From contig BCGN01000009.1 of assembly GCA_001599295.1 (NCBI GenBank), positions 62,001-126,000 on the forward strand: a stretch of DNA of 64,000 bases, read 5' to 3'. The stretch comes from Sporopachydermia quercuum (lineage: Eukaryota). The position numbers were made by a program, and so were the translations under genes. Below the pieces are notes generated by a model. It made no database searches and was not told the origin of the DNA. It saw nothing but the letters and a program-made list of their open reading frames with translations. This document shows positions 36,592 through 48,706 of this stretch, piece by piece. Numbering within the stretch: position 1 is the stretch's first letter; the number at the start of each line of letters is the position of its first letter.

Positions 36592-38491
36592 AACGAATGA
36601 TTATTCTTTGTCCCGATAAAAGACAACTGTGATGCAATTATCTATCAGTTCCAATTAGCTAATATAATTGTTTATCATACATCAGTAAGGTTAAATATCA
36701 GTCTCTTTGGATGTTTCCTGCAAGAGCACTATTAATTAAAGAAGAAAAGAACAGATTTTTGAAAATGACAAGAATCCTCAAATAAATCTGGATTTGAAAG
36801 AAATGGATAACTTTAATTCGGCTTATGCATAATTATGCATTTAACTTTAATCTTGTATGAGTCACTAAGAAGTCCAAACTAATTGTTTGCTTTGTTCGAT
36901 GAAAGACTTCTTTGAGGAGACTAATTATAGGAGTAATTAAAGAAATTCATTAGTAGGAGTTAAGAGAATTGAAGAAACGTGTGAAATTGTTCGTAGAAAG
37001 TAGGTTGTCTGATGTAAGATATGAATGAGATAGAATCAATGCTGTTCTAAGAACAATTTAAGGTTTATTTCCAGGCTATAATTATTCTCAATTTCTTAAT
37101 TCAGGCGATATGATAATTCATTACAAATTTTGGAATAAAACATACATGTTTATATGAGAAAACTTCCAATAAAGATCAATTAATCGATCTTACGGGTTGA
37201 ATTTGCGTCTTGTGAAGGAGATGTACATGAAATGAAGAAGCTACAAACCATTTAAGGAGTTTGGAGAAAGAGCCCACTGCTTCAAGTCTTAGAGTNTAGA
37301 AGATGTCCAGAAATAAATTATTTAACTTCCTTGTATTAATTAAACAAATCTCCAGTCAACTTGCACCTTCTGCATTAACTTATCAATACATTCAATGTCT
37401 TTATCAGGCAAGTAAGATGAGGATGACGTCGCGTATTAGAAATTAACGAGAATTGCCTTTTTTGGCGTCTGACTTAATCCATCTTCTAGATTAGGTAATC
37501 AGAAAAGAAAGTTTTGGATCCTGCATATTAGTTGCATGGGTGCACGGGGGTGTATGTTTCTGGAAAAAATCGGAGTTTCATACTAGGGTCTGACTTTGGA
37601 TCACTCTTCGGCCTGAAATATTAGGGGTCCAGGGGCAGGACTGGATATTGGTTAGATATTGGTTGGATGGAACTTGTATTCAAAACTGTTGAATAAGCAG
37701 AAAAAAAAAAAAAAGAAGAGACAAAAGCATTTGGTTCAACTCCTATACAGGTTTCAGTCCTCCGCACTTTCCTGCCTTTTCCTCGGTACTCAACGATCAT
37801 CACATTACACCATCAAATCCCCCTCTTTACGTACAAGTCCATCTCATATCCTTTCAAAACACCCTAGGCTCTCACCTTCCGCACCCTAGAGTTGTTCCGT
37901 CAACAAATAAAAACTAAACCTTGTCGAATTGTGTAACTTCCATCTCACAGATCTTCCTTTCTTTTTTCTCTCTGATTTGTCACTTTATTTCCTGTTATTT
38001 TCTTTTCTTCTACTTGTTCGCTTGATATCAACATTAACCTCTTACTGCAATTTCTATTATATATATTCAGAAAGCATAGGTTTTATCGTGTATAACACGG
38101 ACATGCTATTTTAAAAGTTTTCGCTGCATTTGTTCGTTTTGCGAATTGTATTGTATTATTTAGTTTATTTTTTTTGCTCTCACATAGTTTTTGGATACAA
38201 CGTGGACACATTAAGTTGGTGATTCTTCGTTAGATAATAAAAGGATAGAAGGAATAACAAAGGAAAGATAAAAGGAAACGGAAACGATCGCTCAGGATTG
38301 GATTGGATTAGATTAGTTTGGTTTGGGTATCATAAGATAGGAAAGAAAGTCGGTTCCTTGTTGTATTAAATTTAGGAACAGAATAATAACAGCAGGAACT
38401 ATACAAATTGGTTGTTATTAGAATAGGTTTACTTCTAGTTATACTAGTGTCCTTGTTATTAATTATTATTACTATCAAGAATACTGTTATC

Positions 38492-39253
38492 ATGGCTTTA
38501 GAAACTGTCTCTAATGGGTATCCATTACCTGATTTTCAGGGAATGGCTTCTTTAAACCAACATCAGCAGCAACGTCATCTGCAACAACTGCAGAATTTCA
38601 ACCATATGAGCCAAATGAACCAAATGGACCAAATGGCTTATACTCCAAGCTATCAACAGGTCAGCAACCCTGCTGTTACTAGTGTCAAAGCTCATGGCTA
38701 TCGTCCTAACGTTGAGTCTGTAGCTTTCAACTCTCAGCTCGAACTTGTTGATTCTGCAATTCATAACTTGCACTCAAAATCTGTCAACCGTCGTCGTGGA
38801 GCTAATAGCAATATTAATCATAACATCAACGGTGTCAATATCACTGCCTCCAGCAATGGAAATACTCCCAGTAGCATGATCAATATGCCCCAGCATGTCC
38901 CTCAGGGATACTCCCCTATTTCGGGCCAGACCATTTCTTCCCACGGAACTGTCCAAGGTTCATTAGGGGGGTCATCATTTGATCATTACAGGGATGAGGA
39001 TGCGCTCTCGGTTGCCTTATCGGCCGCTGATTCAGTGCTTCCGGGCTCTTTCTACACCAGAAGTACTATTGGCAATAGTAATAGTAACAATGATAACACT
39101 TCCAGCTCATCTGATACTTCTTTATCATCGTTTTCAAGAGCTGGCGCTTCAGTTGAACCTGCTTTANCTCTACCCTCTTTGAATCTGGATTCACCTTGGT
39201 CTTCTAAAGTTTGGGGAAACAATGGGTTAGGAATGACTTCTGTCTGGGGTTGA
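38492..39253 (+). CDS. Low-complexity N/Q/S-rich protein, probable YBL081W homologue
   Basis: SNPAVT motif and terminal KVWG...MTSVWG resemble the YBL081W SNPMVT and GIWNTDMSVWS motifs as recalled. Convergent with PET112, as for S. cerevisiae YBL081W/YBL080C. ATG at 38492. Confidence 0.65.
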   Translation: MALETVSNGYPLPDFQGMASLNQHQQQRHLQQLQNFNHMSQMNQMDQMAYTPSYQQVSNPAVTSVKAHGYRPNVESVAFNSQLELVDSAIHNLHSKSVNRRRGANSNINHNINGVNITASSNGNTPSSMINMPQHVPQGYSPISGQTISSHGTVQGSLGGSSFDHYRDEDALSVALSAADSVLPGSFYTRSTIGNSNSNNDNTSSSSDTSLSSFSRAGASVEPALXLPSLNLDSPWSSKVWGNNGLGMTSVWG

Positions 39254-40440
39254 GTTTGCCTTACTCTAGCAGTTTATTTTATATGGGTTTTTTTTTTAAA
39301 AAAAACATTGTCATTCTTTTCTTACCAGTATGCTTTTTATACAAAAGCGCAAGATTGCTAGTAGTTTTCTCTATTCTTTATGTTGATTATAATCTGATGG
39401 TGACCAAATCGCAGGAAGTGGAAGTAAACAAGGCAGAGATCATTGAAGCTTGACGCCGGAAGTGTGTGGTGTATGATGTATAGTGGATGGTGTCTNGTTT
39501 GGTTGGTGTGAAAAATACGGAGTGCGTTAATTCGGGATTATGATATGTTTATTTTGGTTATTCCATTCAATGGAAATAGATTGCTGTAATCATTCGTGAG
39601 TAACTATTTGACTACTTTGATGATATGATTAAAACAGTACGCGTTTAATGAGATGATTTTTTGGTTTGATTTACTAGTTTGATGTTTTATCATCAGGTTT
39701 TGTTTATAATTGGTGCATTAAGGACTTTTATGTTTATTGGTTGTGTTGTGATGATCAACTTGGCAGGGTTTCATTCGTTTTTAATGTTGTCCTGATAATG
39801 CTGGCATGTGCATTTAGATCATAATGGATTTCACTTGGTGCTTAAATGGATTGAGGATTAGAAACTGAAGATGGAGAATAGAGAGAAGGAAGAATCGGTT
39901 GTGATTGTTGTTGTAATATTGTGTTTATTGTATTGGATTAAAAGGTTTAGAGGAAATGAAATGAAAAAAAAGGAAAGGAAAAGAATGAAAATGTTTTCTC
40001 CTATGGTGCGTATTGTTTAATATTTCTATTTGACAATATGTATCTAGTATTTATGACTGTTAATTTGGTTGTTGAATGTCGGATGTTGGATGGATGTTGG
40101 ATTGTGTTTTATTTCATTTGTTTTATGTTATTTTACGTTATTTTCATGTTTATTTCTTTGTTTTCTAAATGGTTTACTGGTGGATTTGTTTTGCATAGAA
40201 ACGTTTTTATCTTGATTGTATAGGTTTGGTTCTCCAACCATGTTGATGTAAATTAACTTCTAGAGGGGAATAAGAAAATTATTGTGTTGCATTAGGCTGT
40301 AGGAATCAAGTAATTGAAGGAATTGAGTATAAAGATGGATGGTATGGATGGTTCAACATTGTTTTGATTAGTAGTGAGGGGCTGTTTGAATGAACCACCG
40401 TCAGATATAATTGCCGAAGCTGGAGAAGGTAGGAAGATAC

Positions 40441-40514
40441 AGGAAGGTCAGTTAGGAAGGTCAGTTAGGAAGGTCAGTTAGGAAGGTCAGTTAGGAAGGT
40501 CAGTTAGGAAGGTC
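40441..40514 (+). repeat. Perfect tandem array of 13-bp unit AGGAAGGTCAGTT, ~5.7 copies
   Basis: Five exact units (40441-40505) plus AGGAAGGTC, read directly. Confidence 0.97.
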
Positions 40515-41169
40515 GTTTATTATTATGAACGATAACTGTAGAAATGTTTTTTTTCTAATGATACTTATGGAACTGTTTATTCTATCATTGCCAAGTTTTG
40601 TTATTAAATTATGTTGTCAAATCGTCCTACTAATTATCATATCGATTATAGGACCAATTATATTATCAATCATCTAAATATCTGAATTGTAGTAACGTTC
40701 AATAGCACCTTAACGTACAATCACACTACAAAATATACCACATACTACACCCAGTATAAGCATATCTCAGCTACGTATTGATCCCTGGAATGATTAGATG
40801 ATTGATTGCTATTCCAGTTTCTCCTGTACCAATTCCTACCATCAGGAGATTAGNGGATTACGCTTATCAAACATTCCCTCTCTTCACAACATGCAGTTGA
40901 TGGTGATTGAAAACTGTTTAATTACATTTTCGTTCTGATATTTGATATTACTTGTTCTGATTGATCTTTTGCAGCTTCTTATTACAGTTTCTTTTAGCTT
41001 CTCATTTCCATACATACTTCTCTACGTATTTCATGCTTTCACTCAACCAACCGCCCAATCTCCTTACCTATTCTAGTCATTCATAGTATATACAAGCCCC
41101 AAGTCCTCCCAGCTTTCCTTTAAAGCCACAAAGCTCCGAATAAATACTCATCACGCTCACACTCGCACA

Positions 41170-43009
41170 TCAACCTATCTTAAAAACCTTTTTATCCAGC
41201 TCTACTTTCAACAACTGTTCAATCTCAAGAGGATCGTACTTTCCTTGCGTTGCTCTCATAGCCAACCCTACTAAATATTTAATAGCTCCTGGTTTGCGCC
41301 CAGTCCGTATATCATGAACTATCGCAGAATGGTGCCTCATGACATCTAAACAGACGGAATTCAAGTAATTCTTGTCGTCTTTCTCAAACGCAGCAGACTC
41401 TAAATTGAAGCTTTCCAGCAGCTCAGGGATACTTTTCTCCCTGTCCTCCGGCGTGTTCACCAAATGGGTCAGGAGCATCTTAGCACTGAAAGCTCTCACC
41501 TCTCTTGTCTCCACTGCAACAATCAGCTCGCCCAGCTGCTTCCAGGGGATAATATCAGGACTGAAAGATAGGTTGCTTTTGGTCAAAGCACCCAGCAGCT
41601 CATGAACAATCCAATTGGCAGCAACTTTCTGCTTGAAAGACTTGATTCCATGAAACAGCAAGGAGTTCACGACATAATTATGCACTTTGAAAAAATATGC
41701 CAGCAATTCTGGATCTGCTACCAGCGTGTGTGCATCCTTGGGATATAATTGTAAAGGATAGCTTATTAGATCGTTTAAAATGGCTTCAGGGAGCCTGGGG
41801 AGAGAGCTCTCCACTTGGGGTTTCACATCATCTTCCAATACAATCCAGTCAAGCTCAGGATCTGGCATATATCTATAATCAACAGCGTCTTCCTTGCCTC
41901 GCAGCTTTTTGGTGGCTTTCCCGTCCCAGCTTCTTGTTTCCCGTTCAATCTTTCCTTTGCTGTCACTGGTGCTGAGAATGCCGGATTGACGTTTATATTC
42001 ATACTTAATGGCCCGCATCACATTGCCAGTGCTGCTGAGGTTCTTGATTTCTACCCGCTCACCTCCATTCACACTCACGTTCACATCAACCCTCAGGGCT
42101 CCTGTCTCCATATCCCCTGTGCATACTCCAATGTGTCTCAGGAGCGTCTGGATCTTCTTCACGAAGAACTTTGCGGAATCTGCAGTTTTAAAATCAGGAG
42201 CAGTGACAATCTCAATCAAAGCGCTGCCATTTCGGTTCAAGTCAATGCTTGTTCCATTGTTGCGATGTACAGATTTCCCTGTGTCCTGTTCGATTTGAAC
42301 CTGCTCAATGCCAACGCGAATTTTCTCTCCCAGGGCCAATCCATCATTACGAGTAAGCCAGACAGAGCCATTTTTGGCGATTGGGAAATACTTCTGGGTG
42401 ATTTGGTATCCTGCTGGCTGGTCACCGTAGAAATAGTGTTTTCTGTCAAAGGAAGAGATCTTGGAGATGTCGCATTGCAAGCTTATAGCTGCTTTCAGTG
42501 CATAGAGAAGAGCTTGCTTATTGAGCCGCTAATTGGTGATTGTTAGTTAGCAGGAACTAATTGATTCTAGTGCAGTTATANTAATAAAATTCGTAAATAT
42601 GTAAATATTATATATGAATACTTACAGGTTGAGTTCCTGGTAAGGCTGCATCGTAAAATGATACCAAGCTATTGGGTTTTGCATGGAATTTGGCTTCAGT
42701 ACCTGTATAGTTTGGTTAGAGCTGAATAGGAAGCATTAGGCATAGAGAAGGGATACAATTGGTCCACCATAGATAATATAATACATATGAATACATATAT
42801 TCATACTTACTTGAAAACAGCTTGTGAGGTGTACTGAGCTGCGCATGTATCTCCAATCCGCATTTGAGCTCAAATTTCGATGTCGGGGCTATAGGAGCTG
42901 TTGCTGTTGCTATAGTCCTTCTTAGTGCTACAGGTCCATAAGAAGTCTGTGGGAAGTTTGAAAGATGTGGAAGCTTGATGAGCATTCTGTCCTTTGCTTT
43001 CGCCCACAT
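41170..43009 (-). CDS. PET112: Mitochondrial Glu-tRNA(Gln) amidotransferase subunit B; exons 43009-42811, 42702-42626, 42528-41170
   Basis: [57 protein letters not shown]. Two GTAAGT...CTAAC...AG introns (108 and 97 nt) restore the frame. Alternative ATG at 42985. Confidence 0.93.
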
Positions 43010-43793
43010 TTCACAAACTATTATGGAGGCTCAATGCTGATTCTATCAATCTATCAAGATATCGATTGTAGGATCAGCAGTTCAGTTCAGCTGATACCAA
43101 TGCAAGAAGGACCAGTTCTGGTATCGAGGTTACAATTGTAGTTCCAGAGCTGTAAACAAATCAGACGGTTTAAGATAGACATCTATTAGTAAATACATTT
43201 TTACCGGAAAACTTGATAGAAAAGTCTATATGGGTAAAAGAATGGCTGTTGATACTCGTTTCCGTAAACGATTTTGGTTTGCGGAAAAGTTTCAAGTCAC
43301 GTGAGTAGACAATTCCTATGTCTCAATTTAGGTATGAAAGTTTTGTTCACGGAATAAGACAGTCCAATATCAGGGGTAATGAATAATGGAGAAGGATGGG
43401 CTCCGAGGTGGGATGCGATATCATGAATGAATAATGGATATTTAACCGATTGACAATCTACAGGTCAGAAAGTGATAAAAACAAAGGTCAAGTGTTTAAC
43501 TATGCGGTGTTCGGGCCTTGGCTATTTTTCTTACGTCCCAGCTGATCATTTACTGCAAAAGCCAAAAGCAAAACCGACACATGGATACACTGCAATATTA
43601 TTGGACTGTCTAATCATAAATGGGTCCTATCAACTACGTACTACGAACAGTTAACAGAACAGCAATGACAAGTATTCAATAGAAATCAACGTGATTAGAT
43701 AAAATAAAACCAGAATCTATTTAAAACAATTCACCCAAGAGTTATTTACACATGGCAAGCAGGCAAAGCATGCAAATCAAGCAAAACCGTGTA

Positions 43794-46700
43794 TTAAGCC
43801 TGAATGGCTCTAGCTAAGGCGGGATGCGATGAAACAAGTCCCGATTGATTAGACTCCAAGAACTTAAGAAACTCAATAACGTTACGCTTCAGCTCATCAT
43901 TCTCAAACTGACGCTCCACAGTGTTGGAAGAAATACCAACTGTAGCATCAGCTTCATTGGCAAGTCTTTCTTCCTCTTTCTGAAACATGAAATTCAAAGC
44001 CTCTACTAGCTGATTAGTAGAATTCAACACGACGGGAACTTGGCTCTTGAATAGCTGAATAATCATTTCCCAGATCGGCTGGTTTTCTTCAAATCCGGAT
44101 TGTAAAGGCAATTTAGCAATCAAAACTGGTACAACTTCTTCAATAGGAATTGCATCTCCATGAGACAGAATCATTCTAGCAACACATCCACAGGCGTTCG
44201 CATAAGATCTATCAATAGTATCCTGAGAATCTTCCTTGTCGTCAATAGCAGACAGCTTCTTTTCCTCTTTGCCTGCTCTTGCCAATAGCTTTTGTAGTTT
44301 AGTTAATATCTGAACATAATGCGACTTCACAACTGCCTCATTTGTACTGTAGTAACAGACTAATCCAACACCATAAGCTGAATTGCTTCGAACCTCCAAA
44401 TCAGAGTCTCCTAATCTTTGAATAAACAGCTTAAGAACATCATCAGTTAGAGGTGTAACTGAATTCTTTAGACCGTTCACGATTTCAGCCAAAGCTCCTA
44501 CACCTTGGACTCTTTCGCTTCTGTTCTTACTGTTGCAGTACTTGAAGATCAATTGGGCAAAATGCTCCAAGATCTTGGAAAAGGAGTCTCCAAGTACCAA
44601 CGAGAGAGCAACAAGAACGTCCATAGCAGCATCAATCAACACTTCATCGTATTCGGAGCTTTCTTCCAGTCCTTCGTCCACGTCTTCCTCAGTTTCTGGT
44701 TCCTCGTTCTCAACGGTTTGGCATAAATGCTGTTTCATCAAAACCCCCATCACCTGGTTGCAGAGAGCTTCTAAATCCTCGTTGCTAGAACCGTTTTCTC
44801 CAGCAACAAGAGCAGGGCCGACGATTTTCATTGTTTCTCCAAACATACTGAAAATGGTTGTGACAACGGATCGTTCGTCTTCCTCCTCTAAAATCGACAA
44901 GATTCCTCTTCTGATATGAATAATGAGCTTGGAAACATCACTGGAAATTGAAGCAGATAAGGGCAATCCTGCTTTCCATTCAGGGGGATAGCTGAGCTTA
45001 TAGAAAGTAGTTATAATGTTGAACAACGATTTGACAGCAGCTCTTCTTACCCCATCGTAGAAATGTTCTAAAAGATCACTAAGAATTGAAACTGTCTTCT
45101 CCAAATAAGGAGCAAACGAGNNCTTGGTGGCCATTGCAACATCACCTAAAGCCTCAGCAGCAATCTCCTTTTCAATGGCCATACCGCCATTGATATTGAT
45201 ATTGCTAAGGAAATCATCATCATCAACATCCTGACCAGCAATCTCAGCTCCATCGGTCTGTTTCAATGAGTATTCTAATTGATCAATACATTTATACATC
45301 TCGGGCAAGATAATTTCTAAGAAAGGAGCAAACTCCTCTCCAAACATCCTGGCAATAGGACTAATCGTGGAGAACCCACTTTCCCTCAACCGAGAGTTAT
45401 CGGTCTGCATAGAATTGTAGGCAGCATTAACAATAGCCTTGGCAAAAGGACTGAATACTTCTTTTCCAACAGCTAAGGCCAAGTTGGGGATCGTTTCTAT
45501 GGTCAAAGCCCGTAGTTCAATCTCATCGTCCGACATGTTTTCAATTGATCCTCCGTTATAAATAAATGGTTCTAACACTTGGATGGTATCATTAAAATAA
45601 GGAGTGAATCCCTTACCGGCAGCAAAAGACGTTGAGCCAATAGCAGAAACAATAGATTGCTTGAGCTTGAAGTTGTCTGTAGATGTAAACATATTGAGGA
45701 AATTGGGCATCAGGGTAGAAATGTACTTTTCATTCAAGGCCTTTCTGTCTATATATTCTAAAATGCCATCGAGTGCTTCACACGCGTTACGGCATACTTT
45801 GAAAGTGGTGGCAGACTGCACCAATTCGAAAATAACTGGAACGAGCACTTCATGTTCGGCAGCAATTGTCTCGGTCAAATGAATTGCCAGCTCACTAATA
45901 CATTGCAAAGCAGCTATTCTCACAGGCAATGATCCACCTCTTAAAGCTTCTAAGATAGCAGGGAGAATGACTGGAAGTTGATTAGAGATGAAATCAGGAG
46001 AGCCTTCAACAGCAACACCAAACGCAAGTAAAATGGCTCTGCTTTGGCCAATGTTGCCTGAGGAAATGTAGGACGGGAATGCCTCAATCAGAGGAACAAT
46101 CACCTGGCTAGGAGGCAAAGCTGACGATAACGCTTCAATCAAATTCAGTCCTAGACCATATGGAGTGTCATCGTCAATCATAACGTCAGCTTCGTCTTCG
46201 TCTTCATCCTCGCCAATTTCTGAGGTAATTCTCAAAGCTCCGATAGTCAATTCAGGTCCCAGTTTCAACGATTGAATCTTGTTCTTTCGCACTTTCACGC
46301 AACTGATAAGAAACTGCAAAGAAGGAATTCTGTAGTCCTCGTCCAAATCAGCGTTCAACGCAATATCATTCAGGAAAAACTTAACGAGATCATTCAAATG
46401 CTTGCTTAATAACGAGGATTCCAAATATAACATTGAGTTGAATACGTCGAAGCACTTTCTGGCGTTCTCAGTATCGTTATTGGACAAAACAATCTTGAGA
46501 ATCATCACCATATCAGGGATCATTTGTCTGAATAGCTTAATAATGTGGCCATTGCTTTGGTCTTCTTCTGAATCATAGTTTTCAGCAATTTCGCCAATAG
46601 CTTGTAAAGTAGTTACTCTAATTTGAGTAGAACAGGGATCAACAAGTGTTCTTGAAAACAACTCTAGCAGTTCTTCTGTTGATTCTACAATCAAATTGAT

Positions 46701-47204
46701 ATCTGTCTCAAGCAACGTATAGATTATATATACAGCAACTTCTCGGGAACCGGCTTCTTCAGGACTAGTTGTAACAGCAGTCTTGTATAGAATAGGCATC
46801 AGTTCACCCCAGTGACCTGAAGCTAAATCAATCTTTGCAATGTTGGAAATGACTCGAGATGATGCGTGTCGTACTAACGAATTGGACTCTGCAAGTGTTG
46901 ATGTCAACAAGGAGCTTCTGATGTCATTCTTCATATTTTCTGGTAATGGTGATAATCCTTTGGCTTTGCATTCTTCCTCATCCCAGAACTGTTTCACTAG
47001 CTTTCTCAATTCAACGGCTGCCAGTTGGCGGATCTGAATATCTTCTGAGCCTTGCATGATTTGCACCATCGCTGGCAATGCTTCGATATGAGTGTAGAAG
47101 TCATTTTGGAGTCTTTTTGATGCTTGCTTAATCACGTTGGAATCAGGAAGTGTGACCAACTTCAGAGTATCCTTCAGTTCATTTGTGAATTTTTCATAAT
47201 CCAT
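43794..47204 (-). CDS. KAP123: Importin beta-4 (karyopherin)
   Basis: IBN_N-type start (IRQLAAVELRK), HEAT repeats, EKEIAAEALG, DSDLEVRSNSAYGVG; 1136 aa. Confidence 0.92.
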   Translation of the reverse strand: MDYEKFTNELKDTLKLVTLPDSNVIKQASKRLQNDFYTHIEALPAMVQIMQGSEDIQIRQLAAVELRKLVKQFWDEEECKAKGLSPLPENMKNDIRSSLLTSTLAESNSLVRHASSRVISNIAKIDLASGHWGELMPILYKTAVTTSPEEAGSREVAVYIIYTLLETDINLIVESTEELLELFSRTLVDPCSTQIRVTTLQAIGEIAENYDSEEDQSNGHIIKLFRQMIPDMVMILKIVLSNNDTENARKCFDVFNSMLYLESSLLSKHLNDLVKFFLNDIALNADLDEDYRIPSLQFLISCVKVRKNKIQSLKLGPELTIGALRITSEIGEDEDEDEADVMIDDDTPYGLGLNLIEALSSALPPSQVIVPLIEAFPSYISSGNIGQSRAILLAFGVAVEGSPDFISNQLPVILPAILEALRGGSLPVRIAALQCISELAIHLTETIAAEHEVLVPVIFELVQSATTFKVCRNACEALDGILEYIDRKALNEKYISTLMPNFLNMFTSTDNFKLKQSIVSAIGSTSFAAGKGFTPYFNDTIQVLEPFIYNGGSIENMSDDEIELRALTIETIPNLALAVGKEVFSPFAKAIVNAAYNSMQTDNSRLRESGFSTISPIARMFGEEFAPFLEIILPEMYKCIDQLEYSLKQTDGAEIAGQDVDDDDFLSNININGGMAIEKEIAAEALGDVAMATKXSFAPYLEKTVSILSDLLEHFYDGVRRAAVKSLFNIITTFYKLSYPPEWKAGLPLSASISSDVSKLIIHIRRGILSILEEEDERSVVTTIFSMFGETMKIVGPALVAGENGSSNEDLEALCNQVMGVLMKQHLCQTVENEEPETEEDVDEGLEESSEYDEVLIDAAMDVLVALSLVLGDSFSKILEHFAQLIFKYCNSKNRSERVQGVGALAEIVNGLKNSVTPLTDDVLKLFIQRLGDSDLEVRSNSAYGVGLVCYYSTNEAVVKSHYVQILTKLQKLLARAGKEEKKLSAIDDKEDSQDTIDRSYANACGCVARMILSHGDAIPIEEVVPVLIAKLPLQSGFEENQPIWEMIIQLFKSQVPVVLNSTNQLVEALNFMFQKEEERLANEADATVGISSNTVERQFENDELKRNVIEFLKFLESNQSGLVSSHPALARAIQA

Positions 47205-47250
47205 ATTGCCTGATCTTTCTGGTTATATTTCTCAGTCTTTCGCTCTTTTC

Positions 47251-47273
47251 TTTTTTTTTTTTTTTTTTTTTTT
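47251..47273. repeat. Poly(dA:dT) tract (T23) just upstream of KAP123
   Basis: 23 consecutive T (A on the mRNA strand), 47-69 nt upstream of the ATG. Confidence 0.85.
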
Positions 47274-48706
47274 GGTTTCTCCTTTATTATCTCTACCTGT
47301 ATTTGAATATACTAGTAAAGCTTTCAGGATATGTAAATTTGGTAGGAATTGGTGTCAGAATTCAGTTATTATTGCTGTTACCTATTGTCTATGTACAATC
47401 ACTAGCACCAACACTAACACTGTCACTATTAAGATGGCACTGTACCTGTTATTTCCACCAATTAAAGAAGCAGTCTCTCATGCATTCCACCTTCAACGAT
47501 GCGACTGGAATCCGGCACTACAGGTTTGTATAATTGGGCGTTCTAGACAATAAAACCTGTGAAAATTGTGAGTGTGTAATAAGCACTCTGTTATCAGGAC
47601 GTTTTATTTCTATTGCTCTAACAAAGTTTTTTTACATCAAACAGAAAAAAATTGATTTAAGAAGAAAGTTGTGGTTACCCTGGAGATGGGATCAAGGGTG
47701 AGATATGGGACTTTATGTCACGTGCAAGAGGAGTATATAAACGATTTATACGACAGAAGGTCCGTTTGATACTGAAACATCAATTGATTCTTCAGCTTTT
47801 GATTCACTATTGATTGATGAGCTGGTTTACGTAGAAATGCTCATATTCAAACTGCAGTGTTTCTGGTTGTGAATATCCAACGGCGGAGCAAGTCCCTTTG
47901 CTGAAGTATCTTTAGCAACGGATATTCTACAAACCACAGGAAACGGCACGGTAATTACCGGTTCTCCTTAGTGGTGAACTAACAAGTAAATAATCCGACA
48001 ATGTTCAGAAATATGATCAGTTAAAGAAAACAATTGAGAATACCCGCGACGAAAATAATTTCTTTCCTTCGCAGATTGATATAGTTGTGTTCAATCTGAA
48101 TCCTGTAGCAGGTTCCTGTTCATGGAGATATTGTACGTAATCAAGTCTTTGCTATTAACAGTATGTGAATAGAAAGGGTATGTAGAAAAGCAGCATATAA
48201 TATTACAACTGCTTGGTCGAATACGCGTAGAACGAGAACTATTCACAGTCATAGTTCAGGTTCATGTTCACGCTCAAGCTTAAGCTCATGTGAAGATCAG
48301 NTTACTGATTTACCAAAGAAACAGCTCAAAAAAAATAGGTAAGCTTAAACAGCTTCATTTTTATAAGATAAGTAACCAAATATAATACCGTCCCTTAGAG
48401 CACCAATAATCTGGTGGTCAAATGTCTACTTTCTCCTTTTGTTTTCATTAGATTCCCTTTATACGTCCTTCACCAGTAGTTGCAGTATACATCTATATAC
48501 TTCTTTCACCTTTTGAACACTCAACATTCAACATTCAACATTCAACTCGCCATACAACATACCCTCAAATCAATCAAGTTCACCAGGAACTGCCCATATA
48601 CATATTATTCATTTACTAGTATCTCCCGACCACAACTCATGAACAACCTTCGGTAGAATCAATTAACCAATTGACGAATCGTCCTAAGCCACTCAAAACG
48701 TTATTA

